Origin: Candidatus Bathyarchaeota archaeon
Lineage (GTDB): Archaea > Thermoproteota > Bathyarchaeia > Bathyarchaeales > Bathycorpusculaceae
NCBI GenBank assembly: GCA_963772455.1
Contig: CAVYXJ010000007.1
Span: 256,001 to 320,000 of the forward strand
DNA length: 64,000 nucleotides
Reading direction: 5' to 3'
Shown here: piece after piece, positions 18,139-28,080 of the stretch
How positions within the stretch are numbered: the stretch's first letter is position 1
Layout: each line of letters begins with the position of its first letter
Program-made: the position numbers and the translations under genes
Notes under the pieces: generated by a model
Databases searched by the model: none
Seen by the model: only the letters and a program-made list of their open reading frames with translations
What the model was told of the DNA's origin: nothing

Positions 18139-19107
18139 ATGATTACGCTTCAGAATATACGAGATGCCCAGAAAACAATTGGGTCCTATGCCAAACTTAC
18201 ACCCTTAAATCCTTCTAAATTTTTAAGCGAACTGTGCAATGCTAATGTGTATTTAAAACTTGAAAACCTTCAGCAGACGCATTCCTTTAAGGTGCGGGGA
18301 GTAATGAACAAACTACTAAACTTGACCGCGGATGAGAAAGCAAAGGGTGTAGTGACTGCTTCTGCTGGCAATCATGGGCAGGCAGTTGCTTTTGGAGCGC
18401 GTGAACTTGGTTTTAAAGCAAAGATTGTTGTGCCAACAAACACTCCCAAGGTTAAGGTGGATGGAATACGGCAGTTTGGGGCAGAGCTGTTGCTCTATGG
18501 CGCAACTTACCCTGAATCTGAACGCAAAGCCAAAGAGCTCGCGTTGGTTGAGGGGCACCTATACATTTCACCCTATAATGACGAGTTAATCGTTGCTGGA
18601 CACGGAACCATCGGGTTGGAAATTTTAGAGGCACTTCCAAACGTTGACGTGGTCATTGTACCCGTGGGTGGCGGAGGATTAATCTCAGGAATCAGTATCG
18701 CCGTAAAGAGCCTAAAGCCTCTGGTGAAGGTTTATGGCGTGCAGTCAGCAGCGGTTCCTATAATGTTTGAATCCTTGAAATCAGGTCAAATCGTTAAACC
18801 CCACAGGCATGAGCCAACAACAGTTGCGGAGGGTCTTTCGGGAGGCGTTGAGAAGGGCTCAATAACATTTGGAATTATTCAGCAATATGTCGATGAGGTA
18901 ATCCCCGTTAGAGAAGAATCGATCAGACATGCGATTTACTTGCTTTGGGAAAACGAAAAGCAAGTTGTTGAGGGTTCAGGTGCGGTTTGCGCGGCATTGT
19001 TGTTTGAGAACAAAGATTTGTTTGTCGGTAAAACAGTTGCTTTGGTATTGACAGGAGGCAACATAGATGATTCATTGTTTCAAACTGTGTTAACTTGGGA
19101 AAAGTAA
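18139..19107 (+). CDS. Threonine/serine dehydratase (fold II PLP, no regulatory domain)
   Basis: SFKVRG, SAGNHGQ, VGGGGLISG, TGGNID. Confidence 0.88.
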   Translation: MITLQNIRDAQKTIGSYAKLTPLNPSKFLSELCNANVYLKLENLQQTHSFKVRGVMNKLLNLTADEKAKGVVTASAGNHGQAVAFGARELGFKAKIVVPTNTPKVKVDGIRQFGAELLLYGATYPESERKAKELALVEGHLYISPYNDELIVAGHGTIGLEILEALPNVDVVIVPVGGGGLISGISIAVKSLKPLVKVYGVQSAAVPIMFESLKSGQIVKPHRHEPTTVAEGLSGGVEKGSITFGIIQQYVDEVIPVREESIRHAIYLLWENEKQVVEGSGAVCAALLFENKDLFVGKTVALVLTGGNIDDSLFQTVLTWEK

Positions 19108-19117
19108 CCTTAGCTTA

Positions 19118-19609
19118 TCAAAGTTTGTAACCTATTTTCCTCAAGAACACTCGCCGTTCTGCGATATCACTATCCGTTTCTATTCCCTTGCTCTTTAATC
19201 CATCAACAACGCCGATGATACCTCTGCCCTGTTCGGTTTCAGCGATTAAGACTTCCAACGGATTAGCTGTGGCAGCGTAAACAGTGCACACCTCAGGTAT
19301 ATGCTTAATTTTATCTAGAACGTTAATTGGATAAGCGTTCCTTATGAATATCAAAAAGCTGTGGCCGCATCCAACTTCAAAGGCTTTCTCTGATGCAAGT
19401 CGCCTAAGGTCATCGTTGTTTCCTTCATGTCGGACAAGGCTTGGACCTGAACTCTCACAGAAACCCAAGCCAAACTGGATGTTGGGAACTGAGTTTACGA
19501 GAGCTTCATAGAGGTCTTCAGCGGTTTTTATGAAATGCGCCGTACCAAGAATAATATTACAGTCTTTGGGCGGTTCAATTTTAACTGTTTTTAATTCCAC
19601 TTTAATCAT
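19118..19609 (-). CDS. Adenosine-specific kinase family protein (DUF355/COG1839)
   Basis: [39 protein letters not shown]. Confidence 0.85.
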   Translation of the reverse strand: MIKVELKTVKIEPPKDCNIILGTAHFIKTAEDLYEALVNSVPNIQFGLGFCESSGPSLVRHEGNNDDLRRLASEKAFEVGCGHSFLIFIRNAYPINVLDKIKHIPEVCTVYAATANPLEVLIAETEQGRGIIGVVDGLKSKGIETDSDIAERRVFLRKIGYKL

Positions 19610-19717
19610 CCCAATTAATGTGTATAGTTTGGTGATATAACATTTTAAGTAAACATACTCAACCGGCAAAAGCTAAATATCAAGGAACCGTATCTGATTC
19701 GGGAAGTGCAAGCCCGT

Positions 19718-19791
19718 GGGCTGGTAGTTCAGCTGGTATGAACGCTTGACTTGCACTCAAGAGGTCGGGGGTTCAAATCCCCCCCAGTCCA
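19718..19791 (+). tRNA. tRNA-Ala(TGC)
   Basis: Acceptor GGGCTGG/CCAGTCC with G3:U70; anticodon arm CTTGA-CTTGCAC-TCAAG; T-loop TTCAAAT. Confidence 0.95.
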
Positions 19792-20110
19792 CTTATACAT
19801 AGTTTTTAGAAAACCTAAGTTATCCGCGGATTCCCGCCAAGAGTTTTTCTAATTAACTTTCAATGTAAGAATTCAAACAAGAATTAGAACGAAAGGTTTT
19901 TGCAGAGATTCCAAAAAAAGACATGAATGACAGAAAGTTGTCTGGTAAAAATACATACACATTCTGTCAAAATAAACATTTACATAAAATATCTCGAGAC
20001 ATATCACATTTCTGAATTTAAAAAAATATAATATTTGAAAAGGTTTTTTACAAAATGGATAAATTGGTCTAAAAGTATCTAATATTAAATCTTCTCGAGG
20101 CTCTAAAGAA

Positions 20111-22030
20111 ATGAAAATAATATCTAAAGAAGATTTCCAAGATTTTATATCCGCACTTATAAGAGATGATTCTCTAAACGTTATTGGCGTTAAATCACGG
20201 GGAAACAAATTTGCTTTTGGACCCCTAGATTCAGCCGAGGAATTACATCTAGATTACGATGTAACTTTATTGCCTCCGAAAAAATATTTCTTCCCTCAAC
20301 GAGAAACATTATTTACATATGACATATCAGATGGATTTTCCACAAAGAATCCAAATGAACCCAAACCAACGGTACTCGTTGGAGTTCACCCTTATGACAT
20401 TGTAGCTTTACTTCATATGGATGAAATTTTCAGGGAAACAAAATCTGACCCTCATTACTTCAAGAAAAGAGATGCGACCATAATAATAGGTGTAAATATC
20501 CAAAAAATGTCAAATTGGAATTTCTCTTCCTTCATGGGTAGCGCAGCGATAGATTATGGCTATGATCTTATGTTAACTGATCTTGGAAATCGTTACGCTA
20601 TCAACGTTGGCTCTCAGAAAGGAGAAGACCTGTTGTCGAAATACGCAAAAAATGTGACGCCCGCATTGGCACGCGACATGCAGGTTGCTGGACAGAAAAA
20701 AAGAGAAGTCATGGGTATGTCTCAGCAAAAATTTTCTTTCCCACCGGAACTTATCCCTGAACTGCTAAGAGATAGTTATAGTAAAAGCGGATTTTGGGAG
20801 AAACATTCAGAAAAATGCCTAGCATGCGGCTCATGCGTACTAGTTTGCCCAACATGCTATTGTTTTGACGTCAAAGATAATCCAGATCTTTCTTTAGAGC
20901 ACGGGGAAAGAATCAGAACTTGGGATGGATGTCTACTAGAAGACTTTGCAAAGATAGCATCAGGAGAAAACTTCCGAGCAACTAGACCAACAAGATATCG
21001 ACACCGATATTTCAAAAAAGGTAAATACTTGTTTGACCGTTTTGGCTTTGTTTCCTGTGTAGGCTGTGGAAGATGCTCTTCGAACTGTCTTCCAGATATA
21101 GCAAACCCAGTCAACCTTTTTAACGATATGCACCAAGAAAACCAAAACACAGGATTCCAAATGGCAACCACAGCAACTCAACCAGAAGTCAATATCCAAA
21201 CTGGAGTAAACATAGACTACGTTCCAAGATTAGCAACCATAACCAAGAAAGTACCAATGACATCCATGGAAACACTTTTTGAAATAAAACTCGACGACAA
21301 CTCAGAACTCAATCACAAACCAGGACAATTCGTAGAAGTCTCCGTCTTTGGAATCGGTGAAGCCCCAATATCTCTGTCCTCCTCCCCAACAAAGAAAGAA
21401 ACTTTCGAAATCTGCGTTCGCAAATTAGGAAACGTAACAACAAAATTACACCAACTCAATGTTAACGATAAAGTGGGAATAAGAGGACCATTTGGGAATG
21501 GATTTGATACAGCCTCTTTGCAAGGTAAAGACCTTTTGTTCATAGCGGGCGGTTTGGGAATAGCACCCTTGAGATCTCTGATCAACTATGTCTTTGACAA
21601 TAGAAAAAATTTCGGACGTGTCATTTTACTTTATGGATGCAAAGAACCAAAAGAAATGCTGTTTGGCGAAGAATTAGCCTCAATGGCCTTAAAAGAAAAT
21701 GTTGAGTTCAAACCTACTGTAAACTTCTGCCCCGAAAATGAATTATGGGAAGGCAACATTGGAGTAATCACAACACTTATTCCTCAAGTCCCATTTGATT
21801 CAGAAAAAACAATCGCATTATTATGCGGTCCCCCAGTCATGTATAAATTCGTAATAGCAGATCTGAAGAAACGAAACGTGCCTGACGACCACATAATTAT
21901 GTCACTGGAGCGAAGAATGAAATGTGGAGTTGGAAAATGCGGTCATTGCCAAATCAACCAGATATACGTCTGCAAAGATGGCCCTGTTTTTAATTATTCA
22001 AAAATAAAAGGTGTCCCGGAGGCGCTGTAA
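20111..22030 (+). CDS. Group 3b (sulf)hydrogenase fused beta (4Fe-4S) and gamma (FAD/NAD(P), 2Fe-2S) subunits
   Basis: CLACGSCVLVCPTCYC and CVGCGRCSSNC, then KPGQF, RGPFGNGF, AGGLGIAP, CGPP, MKCGVGKCGHC in one ORF. Confidence 0.88.
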   Translation: MKIISKEDFQDFISALIRDDSLNVIGVKSRGNKFAFGPLDSAEELHLDYDVTLLPPKKYFFPQRETLFTYDISDGFSTKNPNEPKPTVLVGVHPYDIVALLHMDEIFRETKSDPHYFKKRDATIIIGVNIQKMSNWNFSSFMGSAAIDYGYDLMLTDLGNRYAINVGSQKGEDLLSKYAKNVTPALARDMQVAGQKKREVMGMSQQKFSFPPELIPELLRDSYSKSGFWEKHSEKCLACGSCVLVCPTCYCFDVKDNPDLSLEHGERIRTWDGCLLEDFAKIASGENFRATRPTRYRHRYFKKGKYLFDRFGFVSCVGCGRCSSNCLPDIANPVNLFNDMHQENQNTGFQMATTATQPEVNIQTGVNIDYVPRLATITKKVPMTSMETLFEIKLDDNSELNHKPGQFVEVSVFGIGEAPISLSSSPTKKETFEICVRKLGNVTTKLHQLNVNDKVGIRGPFGNGFDTASLQGKDLLFIAGGLGIAPLRSLINYVFDNRKNFGRVILLYGCKEPKEMLFGEELASMALKENVEFKPTVNFCPENELWEGNIGVITTLIPQVPFDSEKTIALLCGPPVMYKFVIADLKKRNVPDDHIIMSLERRMKCGVGKCGHCQINQIYVCKDGPVFNYSKIKGVPEAL

Positions 22031-22768
22031 ATGAAACCTAAAGTAGCATTCTTCGATTTTGCCGGTTGCGAAGGCGACCAACTACAGGTAGCGAACCTTG
22101 AAGAAGACTTGTTAGCTCTTTTGGGGCAGGTTGAAGTAGTAACCTTCAGGGAAATTATGAAGGAACAAAGCGACAACTACGACATCGCATTCGTTGAAGG
22201 TTCATGTACTAGGCTGCAAGATGAAGATAGGCTAAAGCAGATAAGGAAAAACGCAAAACTTGTGGTGGCAATCGGATCTTGCGCTGCAATAGGCGGCATC
22301 AACTCTCTTAGAAACTACAAGGATTTAGATAGTGTTAAGAAAATGGTCTATGGTGAAAACGCGCGGCTCTTTGACTCTTACGCAGCGAGACCAATTGACG
22401 CTGTAATTCCCGTTGACGCCTACGTATATGGCTGCCCAATTGACCGCGAAGATTTCTTGCATGTGGTCAAATCGCTCTTGCTGGGAAAGAAACCTGAAAC
22501 CGCCACCTACCCTGTTTGTGTTGAATGCAAGAAAAACGAGAACGTCTGCGCCTTTGAACGCGATCAATTCTGCGTTGGCACAGTCACGAGAGCTGGCTGT
22601 AACTCATGCTGCGTTAACGAGGGAACAATTTGCTGGGGATGCCGTGGATTAATTGATAACCCAAATGAGAACTCCCAAAAAGAAGTTCTCATCAAATACG
22701 GCTTAACAGTTGACGATGCAATCAACAAGTTTAGGTTATATTTCGGTTGGCAGGAGGCAAAAAGATGA
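22031..22768 (+). CDS. hydD: Group 3b [NiFe]-hydrogenase small (delta) subunit
   Basis: GCEGD, VEGS, GSCA, GCP, VCVEC, CWGCRG. Confidence 0.9.
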   Translation: MKPKVAFFDFAGCEGDQLQVANLEEDLLALLGQVEVVTFREIMKEQSDNYDIAFVEGSCTRLQDEDRLKQIRKNAKLVVAIGSCAAIGGINSLRNYKDLDSVKKMVYGENARLFDSYAARPIDAVIPVDAYVYGCPIDREDFLHVVKSLLLGKKPETATYPVCVECKKNENVCAFERDQFCVGTVTRAGCNSCCVNEGTICWGCRGLIDNPNENSQKEVLIKYGLTVDDAINKFRLYFGWQEAKR

Positions 22769-24078
22769 GTGAAAACAAGAATGTCGATGTAAATGTCCAT
22801 CATATAACTAGGGTTGAAGGACATGGAAACATTAACGTATCAATAAGGAACGGTGCTGTAGAGAAATGCGAATGGAGCATTCCTGAAGCACCAAGATTCT
22901 TTGAAGCCATGGTAGTAGGGCGATCGTGGAACGAATTACATCATATTACCTCGCGCATATGCGGCATCTGTTCTATAGGCCATACACTTGCTTCATTGAA
23001 AGCCACGGAATCGGCTATGGGAATTACTATAAGTGAACAGGATCTAAAACTTCGAAAGCTAGCACTACATGCTGAGAACCTGCAGAGCCACATTCTCCAC
23101 CTTGGTTTCCTAGTTCTACCAGATTTGATGGGAGTGGGCTCAGTTATCCCACTTGCCTCAACAAACCTTGCTGAAGTCAAAATTGTGCTGCAACTTCATC
23201 GAACAGCAAACGAAATGTCAAATCTATTATGCGGCAGAACCACTCATCCCCAAAGACTAATCCCAGGCGGCTTTTCCAAAATCCCCTCTGTAAATGAACT
23301 CGCAGTTATCAGAAAGAAATTGCAAGATTCTATTCCAAACCTTCGCTCAGTGGCTGAACTGTTTAAGAGCTTAGCAAGTAATTTGCCAAATTTCAAACGA
23401 GAAACAGAATACATAGGTCTAACGAACCCAAACGAATATGCACTTTACGATGGAGAAATGACCTCAACAGACACTGGTACGGCGTCACTCAAAGAATACC
23501 TCACCTACACAAATGAATACATTGTTCCACAATCAACTGCTAAATGGGCTAAACATAATCGGGAGGCCTATATGGTGGGTGCATTAGCTAGGCTAAACCT
23601 AAATTACAACAAACTATCGCCCATGGCTCAAAAAGTTGCGGAAATGTTCGACCTCAAACCAATGTGTTACAATCCTTTTATGAATAGTATTGCCCAGTTA
23701 GTGGAAACTGTCAATAGCGTCGAAGACTCGATACGCCTCATAAATGAGCTTGAAGCTGCAGGACTAAAGACCCAACCAGACTATAATAACATAAACATAA
23801 AAGTTAAGGCAGGAAATGGAGTTGGAGCAGTGGAAGTACCACGAGGCATTTTATTCCATGAATACACGTATAATGATAAGGGCGTATGCACCAAAGCTAA
23901 CTATATAATACCCACTAACCAAAACCACGGTAATATTTCACTAGATATGAAAGCGTTGCTTCCACAGATTCTAAATAAATCCAAAAAAGAAATTGAGCTC
24001 GCCTTGGAAATGTTAGTACGCGCCTACGACCCATGTATATCGTGTTCCACCCACGTAGCAAAAATTGATTTACTCTAA
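22765..24078 (+). CDS. hydA: Group 3b [NiFe]-hydrogenase large (alpha) subunit
   Basis: RVEGHG, L1 RICGIC, L2 DPCISCSTH plus short C-terminal extension; ATGA overlap at 22765. Confidence 0.93.
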   Translation: MSENKNVDVNVHHITRVEGHGNINVSIRNGAVEKCEWSIPEAPRFFEAMVVGRSWNELHHITSRICGICSIGHTLASLKATESAMGITISEQDLKLRKLALHAENLQSHILHLGFLVLPDLMGVGSVIPLASTNLAEVKIVLQLHRTANEMSNLLCGRTTHPQRLIPGGFSKIPSVNELAVIRKKLQDSIPNLRSVAELFKSLASNLPNFKRETEYIGLTNPNEYALYDGEMTSTDTGTASLKEYLTYTNEYIVPQSTAKWAKHNREAYMVGALARLNLNYNKLSPMAQKVAEMFDLKPMCYNPFMNSIAQLVETVNSVEDSIRLINELEAAGLKTQPDYNNINIKVKAGNGVGAVEVPRGILFHEYTYNDKGVCTKANYIIPTNQNHGNISLDMKALLPQILNKSKKEIELALEMLVRAYDPCISCSTHVAKIDLL

Positions 24079-24181
24079 GTTTCCATATTTACTCAAAAAT
24101 TATTGGAAACGATGTATCATGAAGGTTTACCTCTAAATCTTATAAAGAATAATAAATAAACACAACAATGATGTTGCCGCG

Positions 24182-24502
24182 TTAAATATCAAGATCATTC
24201 AAGAACTTCCAAAACTCTTCGATACATCTAATAATTCTTAATTCCAAAAAATTAACTACAAAATTACCTTTCTCATCGACTGGACCTCTAAAGAAACCAA
24301 CAGTATGCGGGTATCCGTTCTCAAACATTGGACTATCAACGATATCTGATAAAATTGTTTGAGGTTTGCTCTCGTTGGTTCTTCGGTTAATGAATTGAAC
24401 TGAGTAAAAAAGATATTTCCTTCCTTCATTTCCAATATCTGGAAAACATATTAACCAATCCAGCTCTTGGAAATGAAAGTTTTTACATTTTTTTTCCAAC
24501 AA
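24182..24502 (-). CDS. Hypothetical protein
   Basis: 106-aa ORF in an AT-rich stretch, no recognisable motif. Confidence 0.45.
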   Translation of the reverse strand: MLEKKCKNFHFQELDWLICFPDIGNEGRKYLFYSVQFINRRTNESKPQTILSDIVDSPMFENGYPHTVGFFRGPVDEKGNFVVNFLELRIIRCIEEFWKFLNDLDI

Positions 24503-24648
24503 CTAATCAAGCCTTCAGACTTAGCAAATTTAAGTGTTGCTCATAATTCATTTTATCTTGTGAATCATTATAGGTTTTGCCTTTTCTAACCATTTTATTC
24601 TTCAAGTTAAATTTATCAAGGAAGACGCAATAATAGTAATAGACGAAA

Positions 24649-25146
24649 ATGAAAGCATATATGACCTTATCCTGTAAAACAGGCACATTTAATTCAGTTT
24701 TGGATGAACTAATAAAAATAAACTTGTCCATGAAAGATGTATGCTTGCTTTTTGGCCCAGTTGACATTCTAGTTCAATTACGTTTTAACGATATTGATGA
24801 ATTCATCAATAAATGGTTCAATCCAATTAGAAATATAACTCCTCAAGAACCGATGATAGAGAAAACACAAACACTCATCGTCATAGCTGAAGGTAAACCG
24901 TTCACTGAGGAACCATATGCCTTTCTTTTCCTCAATACGCAGCCAAGAAATCTCGAACAAGTTCAACAAAAACTTCAAAATATTCCAAAAGTCTTGTCGG
25001 CTGACACTGTCTTTGGACCCTATGATGTAATATGTGCTGTTAGAGCAAACGACAAAGAAGACCTAAAACAACTTATTTCCCAAATACAAAAAGAAGTTGC
25101 AAACATTCAAGGAACAGTAACTGCAATCGTCGCGTCGATTTATTGA
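24649..25146 (+). CDS. Tandem Lrp/AsnC ligand-binding (RAM) domain protein without an HTH
   Basis: Two repeats: LFGPVDI and VFGPYDV. Confidence 0.8.
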   Translation: MKAYMTLSCKTGTFNSVLDELIKINLSMKDVCLLFGPVDILVQLRFNDIDEFINKWFNPIRNITPQEPMIEKTQTLIVIAEGKPFTEEPYAFLFLNTQPRNLEQVQQKLQNIPKVLSADTVFGPYDVICAVRANDKEDLKQLISQIQKEVANIQGTVTAIVASIY

Positions 25147-25271
25147 AAGTGAAACTATTATTCATGGGCAATTATTATCGCTGAAAATTCCTCCACTATT
25201 AACATCTTTATTCAGCTTTAAGTTGATTAGTTTAAAATAAAATATTAACCTCGGTTATCCTTGAACTTTAA

Positions 25272-26357
25272 TTACCCCTTTCTGGAAATCTCGGAATCAC
25301 ATGTCTTATCTTCTGAAAGCATGGACCACTTCGATGTATACCGTCCTAGTACTTTCCAATGGAATACTCCATATGAGACAACCATTCTAAACCAGAAAGT
25401 TGCAAATCTATTTAGAAGAATAGAAGTCACGCCTATACCTGATGGAATTCCCAAAGCTATGAAAAGAGAACTTCGTATTATCTCGTTGAAACCTAAAAAA
25501 GAAACACCTTCAATGAGTAAAGTTGCAGTTAATGCGTAAGCAATTAGAATTTTGAACGCTGGCAAACTATAGCCCAATGCCATAAAACACAAAATAAAGA
25601 CAGCCATATCTGAAGCCCAAGCCAAGACTACATAAATAACAGGCAACAATAAACCGCGGGGATTCGCTTTAAGGGTTACAAACCCCAAATGAAAATCGTT
25701 CAGATTTTTTTCCATTTTGCTTCTAAACCTAGCGGAATCCCATTTGTTTCTACGTAGAAAACTAATTAGTTGAATGATCCATGCCAGCAACTTATCTGTT
25801 GCTCGACGATTACTGCTCAAATAGAAGATCAACACTAAAGTAAAAATTAGTACAAAAGAAATCCCAATAATTATTCCAAAGATTGGTGAGTCCAAATATC
25901 CATAACTCAAAACCCATAAGACTAAACCTAAAATAGTGTTAGCCAGAATTACCATAATTATTAAAATTTTGTGGGCAATAACTGAAGCAACGACTTTTCC
26001 TGTGTCATGAACCTGAGTTTTACAGAGCCAATAAGCTTTGAATAAATCTCCTGTTAAGCCGCCAGGAACTACATTGTCCACAAAAATTCCAACCCAACTG
26101 AACCAAAAAGCTGTTCTAATACTAATCGAATAAGTTAGATTCCTCAAAAGACCACGCCAAACAAGGGCATGAAAAAAAACACTGACAACAACCAAAACGA
26201 AAGCCAACGAATAGAACCATAAATTGAGCTTCTCAAAAGTAGAGATAAAACTTGGAATACCCACAAAGAAGTAGAGATAAAGAACAAAAATAACGAGCCC
26301 TATAACTGAGACCAAAAAAACTGTTTTCGAAAGCTTAGGATTTGCTGTTGAACTCAT
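25272..26357 (-). CDS. Lysylphosphatidylglycerol-synthase TM / flippase-like protein (UPF0104)
   Basis: Multi-TM; DNVVPGG..GD, LLNRFATFW. Confidence 0.8.
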   Translation of the reverse strand: MSSTANPKLSKTVFLVSVIGLVIFVLYLYFFVGIPSFISTFEKLNLWFYSLAFVLVVVSVFFHALVWRGLLRNLTYSISIRTAFWFSWVGIFVDNVVPGGLTGDLFKAYWLCKTQVHDTGKVVASVIAHKILIIMVILANTILGLVLWVLSYGYLDSPIFGIIIGISFVLIFTLVLIFYLSSNRRATDKLLAWIIQLISFLRRNKWDSARFRSKMEKNLNDFHLGFVTLKANPRGLLLPVIYVVLAWASDMAVFILCFMALGYSLPAFKILIAYALTATLLIEGVSFLGFNEIIRSSLFIALGIPSGIGVTSILLNRFATFWFRMVVSYGVFHWKVLGRYTSKWSMLSEDKTCDSEISRKG

Positions 26358-26678
26358 TTGAAAACGTCGCCTCGCTTAAGAAAGACAAATGTAATAGGTG
26401 GACTAAAATTAGCTGAAAGCCAGTTTACTCCAAGTAAGCTTTCTTCTTCTGCAAAAAAGAAAACGTAGTTTCGAGTTGCTGCTTGAAATTCTATTTCAGT
26501 CACGCTTTCTTGACCACCGTATACATCGGAAGTTTAAAAACAGTAAACTGTTGTCTAAACAGGTACTTATGATTAGCTCAACTTTAACAAATGTTCCGTC
26601 ATCATCAATCCTTAGACCAAATTAACACTCTTATCAGCAAATAAAGAAATTTTAGGGACGATGAATAAATGCTAACCA

Positions 26679-27185
26679 GTGAACTCATTGTCTTTGTTCG
26701 ATGTAATTTTAAGTCGTAGAAGTATTCGAAAATACGAAGATAAAGAAATACCACAAGATATCTTACATCAAGTCCTTGAAGCGGGCAGGCAAGCGCCATC
26801 AGCGGTCAATAGACAACCCATTCGATTTGTAGTGGTGACGGATTCCCAAGCCAAGAACGAATTATCTAAAAGCTTGTTTGCGAAGCACATCAAGAATGCA
26901 CCTTTGGTCATTGTTGGTTGCGCGGATGAAAAATCGCTTCTAACTGGAAAATGGGCAGTCGTTGATACAACAATAGCCCTTCAAAACATAGTTATTGCAG
27001 CTTGGACTTTCGGGATAGGTTCCTGTTGGATAGGATCTTTTAGTGAAGAAAAAGTCAAAGAAATGCTCAAAATTCCTAACAAGTGGAAAGTTGTTTCTCT
27101 TTTAACCCTTGGATATCCAGCGGAGCAGCCAAAAGCAAAAAACAGAAAGCCTTTTGAAGAATTATTTAGCTTCAACACATTCTAA
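26679..27185 (+). CDS. Nitroreductase family protein
   Basis: RRSIRKY, APSAVNRQP, GIGSCWIG, LGYP. Confidence 0.92.
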   Translation: MNSLSLFDVILSRRSIRKYEDKEIPQDILHQVLEAGRQAPSAVNRQPIRFVVVTDSQAKNELSKSLFAKHIKNAPLVIVGCADEKSLLTGKWAVVDTTIALQNIVIAAWTFGIGSCWIGSFSEEKVKEMLKIPNKWKVVSLLTLGYPAEQPKAKNRKPFEELFSFNTF

Positions 27186-27331
27186 TTCCTACGCATTAAA
27201 CAAAAAAGAAGTTAGCGGATCATTTGCCCATCTGCCTCAAGTTCAATTCCCAACTCACTTATCAAAAAAAATACCATAATTATTTGAAAGAAAAAAATTG
27301 TGATTTTAGGATTTTCAAGAAATCGGAAAAA

Positions 27332-27400
27332 TTATTGTTTTCCGGTTTTTTCTTCATGCTTTTTCTTTTTTGCTGCGTTCTTTTTTGCTAATGAAGGCAT
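27332..27400 (-). CDS. Candidate 22-aa Lys-rich small protein
   Basis: MPSLAKKNAAKKKKHEEKTGKQ*, SD-like GAGG 7 nt upstream, T-rich tract downstream. Confidence 0.35.
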   Translation of the reverse strand: MPSLAKKNAAKKKKHEEKTGKQ

Positions 27401-27568
27401 AATATTCCTCTCAGGTAATTCTATTTATGGTATTATGTATTGAAGTACCTAAAAGCTTACCTATTAAAAACCCCACAATAACGTTACGCCGCATTAGTTT
27501 AAGCTATATATAATAGGTCTAATAGTCCATGAAAGCATAATTAACTGATAATTTGAGGGAATATTACC

Positions 27569-28000
27569 TTGGACGAAATCTTAGAAATGATGGACAAAAC
27601 CGCTAAAAGAATACAAAAAGATGCAGATGAAACAAAAGAAGCTACTACAAAACAAACAGCCCTTTACGAAGGACTTCTTATTTCACCTTTAGCATCACAA
27701 GAACAGAAGCTAAAGGCTTTCATTGGAAAAACACTAGATTTAGACCGCTTAGAAAGATTGAATTCTCAGCTAACATTGCTTTATACATTGCAGATTTTTG
27801 CATTCAAAGTTAAAGTTATTGAAGTCTCGGTGTCCAAAATAAATGAGCAACTTGTTAAATCGGGAGTTTTGCAGAAAAGCGGAGAAGTAGAAGAAATAAC
27901 AAAGAATATCGATGCCCTAAAAATCTTAATCGAAGCTCACTATGAGTCGATGAAGGAAATTAATGAAACCCAAAACAAGAACTTAGGGTATATTCAATAA
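27569..28000 (+). CDS. Hypothetical coiled-coil protein
   Basis: 143-aa helical ORF, TTG start with GAGGG SD. Confidence 0.65.
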   Translation: MDEILEMMDKTAKRIQKDADETKEATTKQTALYEGLLISPLASQEQKLKAFIGKTLDLDRLERLNSQLTLLYTLQIFAFKVKVIEVSVSKINEQLVKSGVLQKSGEVEEITKNIDALKILIEAHYESMKEINETQNKNLGYIQ

Positions 28001-28080
28001 GAATAAATTAAATAAAAAGGGCAGCCTGGTGGTTCTTCCACCAATCAGGTTTTTTCTGCCTGCAATGGTTTTCTTATGGC

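Noticed and set aside
19873-20208. 111-aa minus-strand ORF
   Set aside because: It overlaps the hydrogenase start and AT-rich promoter region and is likely spurious.
24507-24767. ORF as a frameshifted 5' half of 24182-24502
   Set aside because: No clean single-base repair was found, and it overlaps the RAM-domain gene.
27241-27258. GTTCAATTCCC as an att copy of tRNA-Ala closing a hydrogenase island
   Set aside because: Only about 10 matching bases, which is expected by chance.
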